A DNA stretch of 52,500 bases, filler included, from Sphacelaria rigidula (taxonomy: Eukaryota), in NCBI GenBank assembly GCA_964200075.2. It is 4 parts of 4 records of this genome, joined end to end, with 100 filler letters (N's around TTAATTAATTAA, not from the genome) between each part and the next. Parts side by side here need not be neighbours in the genome. Positions count along the whole stretch, not along the records: positions 39,452 to 52,500 come from CAXNAA020003203.1; 3 more parts are not named here. The stretch is one strand, 5' to 3'. Below the pieces are notes generated by a model that was not told the origin of the DNA, did no database searches, and was given only the letters and a program-made list of their open reading frames with translations. Positions within the stretch are counted from its first letter, which is position 1, and every line of letters starts with the position of its first letter. Shown in pieces: positions 49,428 to 52,500 of the stretch. Position numbers and translations under genes: made by a program.

Positions 49428-52400
49428 TATGTCTCGTCACGTGTCCGACCCTCTCCCGCCCGCGAGAGAGGTGGACTGGTGAAGGGACGGATTCAACGCT
49501 TTTTTCCCTGCTGATTTTTGGCAAAGCGACGGTGCGAGTGAGGTATCTGCGCGCAAGGGATGGGCGGAGTTCTATTAACGGGCAGCTTTCTTTATAGACC
49601 GCGAGACTGTGCGTATACGGCTGTGAAGTATATCTCACACCTGAGGAAAGTAAGTGCACCAGTAGATATGGACGTGGTAGATGGTCCAAGTGTGCAAGAA
49701 GGAACAAAAATCGGTGGCGACAAGGTTGAGGGTTTTCAAGTTCAAACAACAAAGTTGAGAACGTCTGAAGTAGAGAGGAATGGAGGGGATAATGGATAAC
49801 TTTTCACGTTGAAGCTTTACCCTGGTCCCCTTCCTACTTCGTGTCTGAGATGGGCTGATATGAGAGTAAAGGTCAAGACGGGATGGGCGACTGCAAACTC
49901 AAAAATGTGCTACATACGTGGGATCTCTGGATGCTTTGCCGGCTCTACGCCAGATTGCTTCCTTCCTCGGGTAAGGCTACCCAGGCGTTCGAGGAGGACG
50001 GAGGTAACGCGGTCGGGTGGAATCTTCGTTCAGAGTCGAGTCGATTCTAGCGAGCATGAGGTAGACTTCTCCAACTCATATCCAAGATTTTTGTTGTTGC
50101 GTATTTTGTTTTGTACAGGAGAGAATCGGGTGAGGAGCGGGGGCGGGGAGTGAAGTGATCACGATCTTGGGGTACGCAAGAACCAAAACCCAAGAGTAAA
50201 AAAAAGTATGTATCTTGTTTTTCACTGGGCACTGTGCAGTAAAAAGTCATCATCGTGCATGGGGACGGTTACATGCTGTGCGCAATCGAGCCGTAGTGGA
50301 CGGCTCCATAACATGATTCGCCGTCCGATGTCCACGATTTTCGAAGTGCGTGCTCATACCTCAAGACCAGATATTTTTGTACATGCCATGATGGAGAGAA
50401 GCTAAAGACGCGCACCGGCGTAGTATGGTAGTCATTTTCATGTATGGGCCAACACGGGGTTCATCCGCGCACTTCAGTTGCGCTCGCGAATGAAGAAGCG
50501 AGAATATTTTGTGTTTAGATGCCTCTCTGAATACATGAACTTGACAAAGAATATTTGCCAAATGATCGTTTTCTCGATCGTATTTTCTGTTCCGCTGCGA
50601 AAAACGGGGCCTCGTGTCAGAGTAAGAAAGGGTCTTCTGAGGTTTTGTCTCGCAATGAAAAGCGGTCCCCAATCAATCCGGGTAGTTATGGTGGTAGCAG
50701 GAGTAGTAGTAGAAGCAGTAATGTGGTGGTGGTAGTAATGGTGCCACTTTGCGCCGCAGGTTGACGGCACAACCTCATCACCCCGCGATCCATCAAGTCA
50801 TGCAACGCAGCAAATGAACCGAAATCGAAAGAAAATGACTGCACTGTTTCGTCATCGTGTCTCTTTTCATAGCACAAGGACTAGGTTGAAGGTACAATGA
50901 AACCGTTGCTACGTTTGGTGTTGGGAAGGGGGCGTACTCTCCAGTTTCATGACGGTTGACACGATTTCTGGCCCCCAACCAGGGAATATCGCCACCACAT
51001 GTCTTCGACGTTTGAATTACCCCACTGAGAGGAGTCTAGATCACTTATCGCTTCGCTTGGCTCTGAGGTGTCTAGAATAGCCCTGAAACTAAATACAGCT
51101 GGACACGAAATGCGTCGCGCGCAGGTTTTTCGGGCACAAAACCTGCAGACACCGCATTTTTTGTCCAGCCGTACTCTTGTTCAGAAGCCACTCTCGAAAC
51201 CTCGGACCCACTCGAACCGGGGGAATATAGGCTACAGACTCCTTCATGTGGGGTCATGCAAAACGCCCAAAAGATTTCATGGCGATGTTCCCTCTTCACA
51301 CGAGGGCATGTAGCACCCTGTGGGGCGTCTACAGGGTTCAGTCACCCTGCGCAGTGGTTTCTTCGACAAGCACCCTGTATGGTGTCTGCAGTGTTTTTTC
51401 GAGCTGCACAGCGTGCTCCATGGGGTCTCACATCCGGGTGTAGCGCTGGCCCATGCCAATAGGCTGCACCGTGATTTTCTGCTGTGCTAAGCGTACTTGT
51501 CACAAAACTAAGTAGCAGCGGTCAGTATATTGGGGGGAAAACACTCCGAATAAACCGTTAGGCCAAACCTTGAGCTGACATCTAGTTGTCGCGAAAAATG
51601 AAAGTCGACATTTGAACCAGGTACATGTGTGTGGGGAGCGGAAAACATGCACGTCTCCTATACATCATCATAACAATCACAGGAGATGTATACTTGAAAA
51701 AAGTCAAGAACACTCACATCACGGTCTGGGCGCCTCTTTTTTCCCGAGGCTCTTTGTTGCAAAACCCCGTCGATCACGAATGTCTAGGTCTTAGTGTGCA
51801 CGCTCAGATAACCTTTGGACTGGAGAGGGCGCCCATATCGTGGCATTACTCAACAATGTTCGGGACATTTAGGTACGCGTTCAACCCGATAATGATGTGC
51901 ACATTCCTATGCGTCCGTGTACACGTTCAGAAATCAACGATTTATCAGTATGTGCCTGCGCGCATGGCGTAAACTGCAACCGAGGCTGCTGCTGAAACGC
52001 TTTTCCCCTGTGCGAGTGATTGGCAGCATGTTGAAATTATACTACTAGAGCATGCGTTCAAAATCGAGCTCTATGGCCCATAGAACGAGCCTCTCAATAG
52101 AATTCATCGTATCGAAATATATGGCGTGAACCAAGGGTCGGTCGAAAAACGATTCGGGGACGCATTGGCCCCAAAATGACGGAAAATGAGTTTTTTAGAC
52201 GGGATTGACCCAGCCTGCAGTCCCTTACCTCATCGCCGAGAAGTTGGCAGATGCGGTCAGCTGCCGTGTACAGAGATCCTTGACGTGGAGACCGCTGAGA
52301 TGGCGGATACTCCGCCCGTCCAACACTCATAACTTACCGTGATGACATATACGGTATTGTATGTTCCGTATCGTGTGCCTCGAGTGCTCACTAGTAGTCT

Positions 52401-52500
52401 CGGCCGATTTGGCGAGACGTCATGGAACAGCCGATTTTATATTTTGGGGTTCATACAAAATATGGGGCTGAAGTGGCATATCTGTCTTGCACGAAAGACC

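Overview
Repeat-rich, gene-poor eukaryotic DNA, most likely from a brown alga (Phaeophyceae, Ectocarpus-like). This is inferred from an EsV-1-7 repeat gene, an FNIP-repeat gene and TTAGGG-like motifs. Three identical 100-bp spacers (44 N + TTAATTAATTAA + 44 N) join four blocks, so adjacency across them is not proven. Contents: (1) a decayed ~11.3-kb Ty3/Gypsy chromovirus-type LTR retrotransposon with both LTRs; (2) an FNIP/IP22 22-aa repeat ORF; (3) a decayed IS630/Tc1-mariner-like DDE transposase; (4) a 5' Ty1/Copia fragment (LTR end, gag, protease); (5) a tandem array of ~524-bp units, each itself a ~400-nt imperfect fold-back; (6) several palindromic MITE-like elements; (7) an uninterrupted EsV-1-7 Cys/His 38-aa repeat ORF with a decayed 5' end. 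The best candidates for something new are the tandem hairpin array (possible small-RNA precursor cluster), the position-specific variable residues in the EsV-1-7 and FNIP repeats (possible modular recognition codes), and a Tudor-like domain appended after the Gypsy chromodomain. All alignments were done by eye and no database searches were run.
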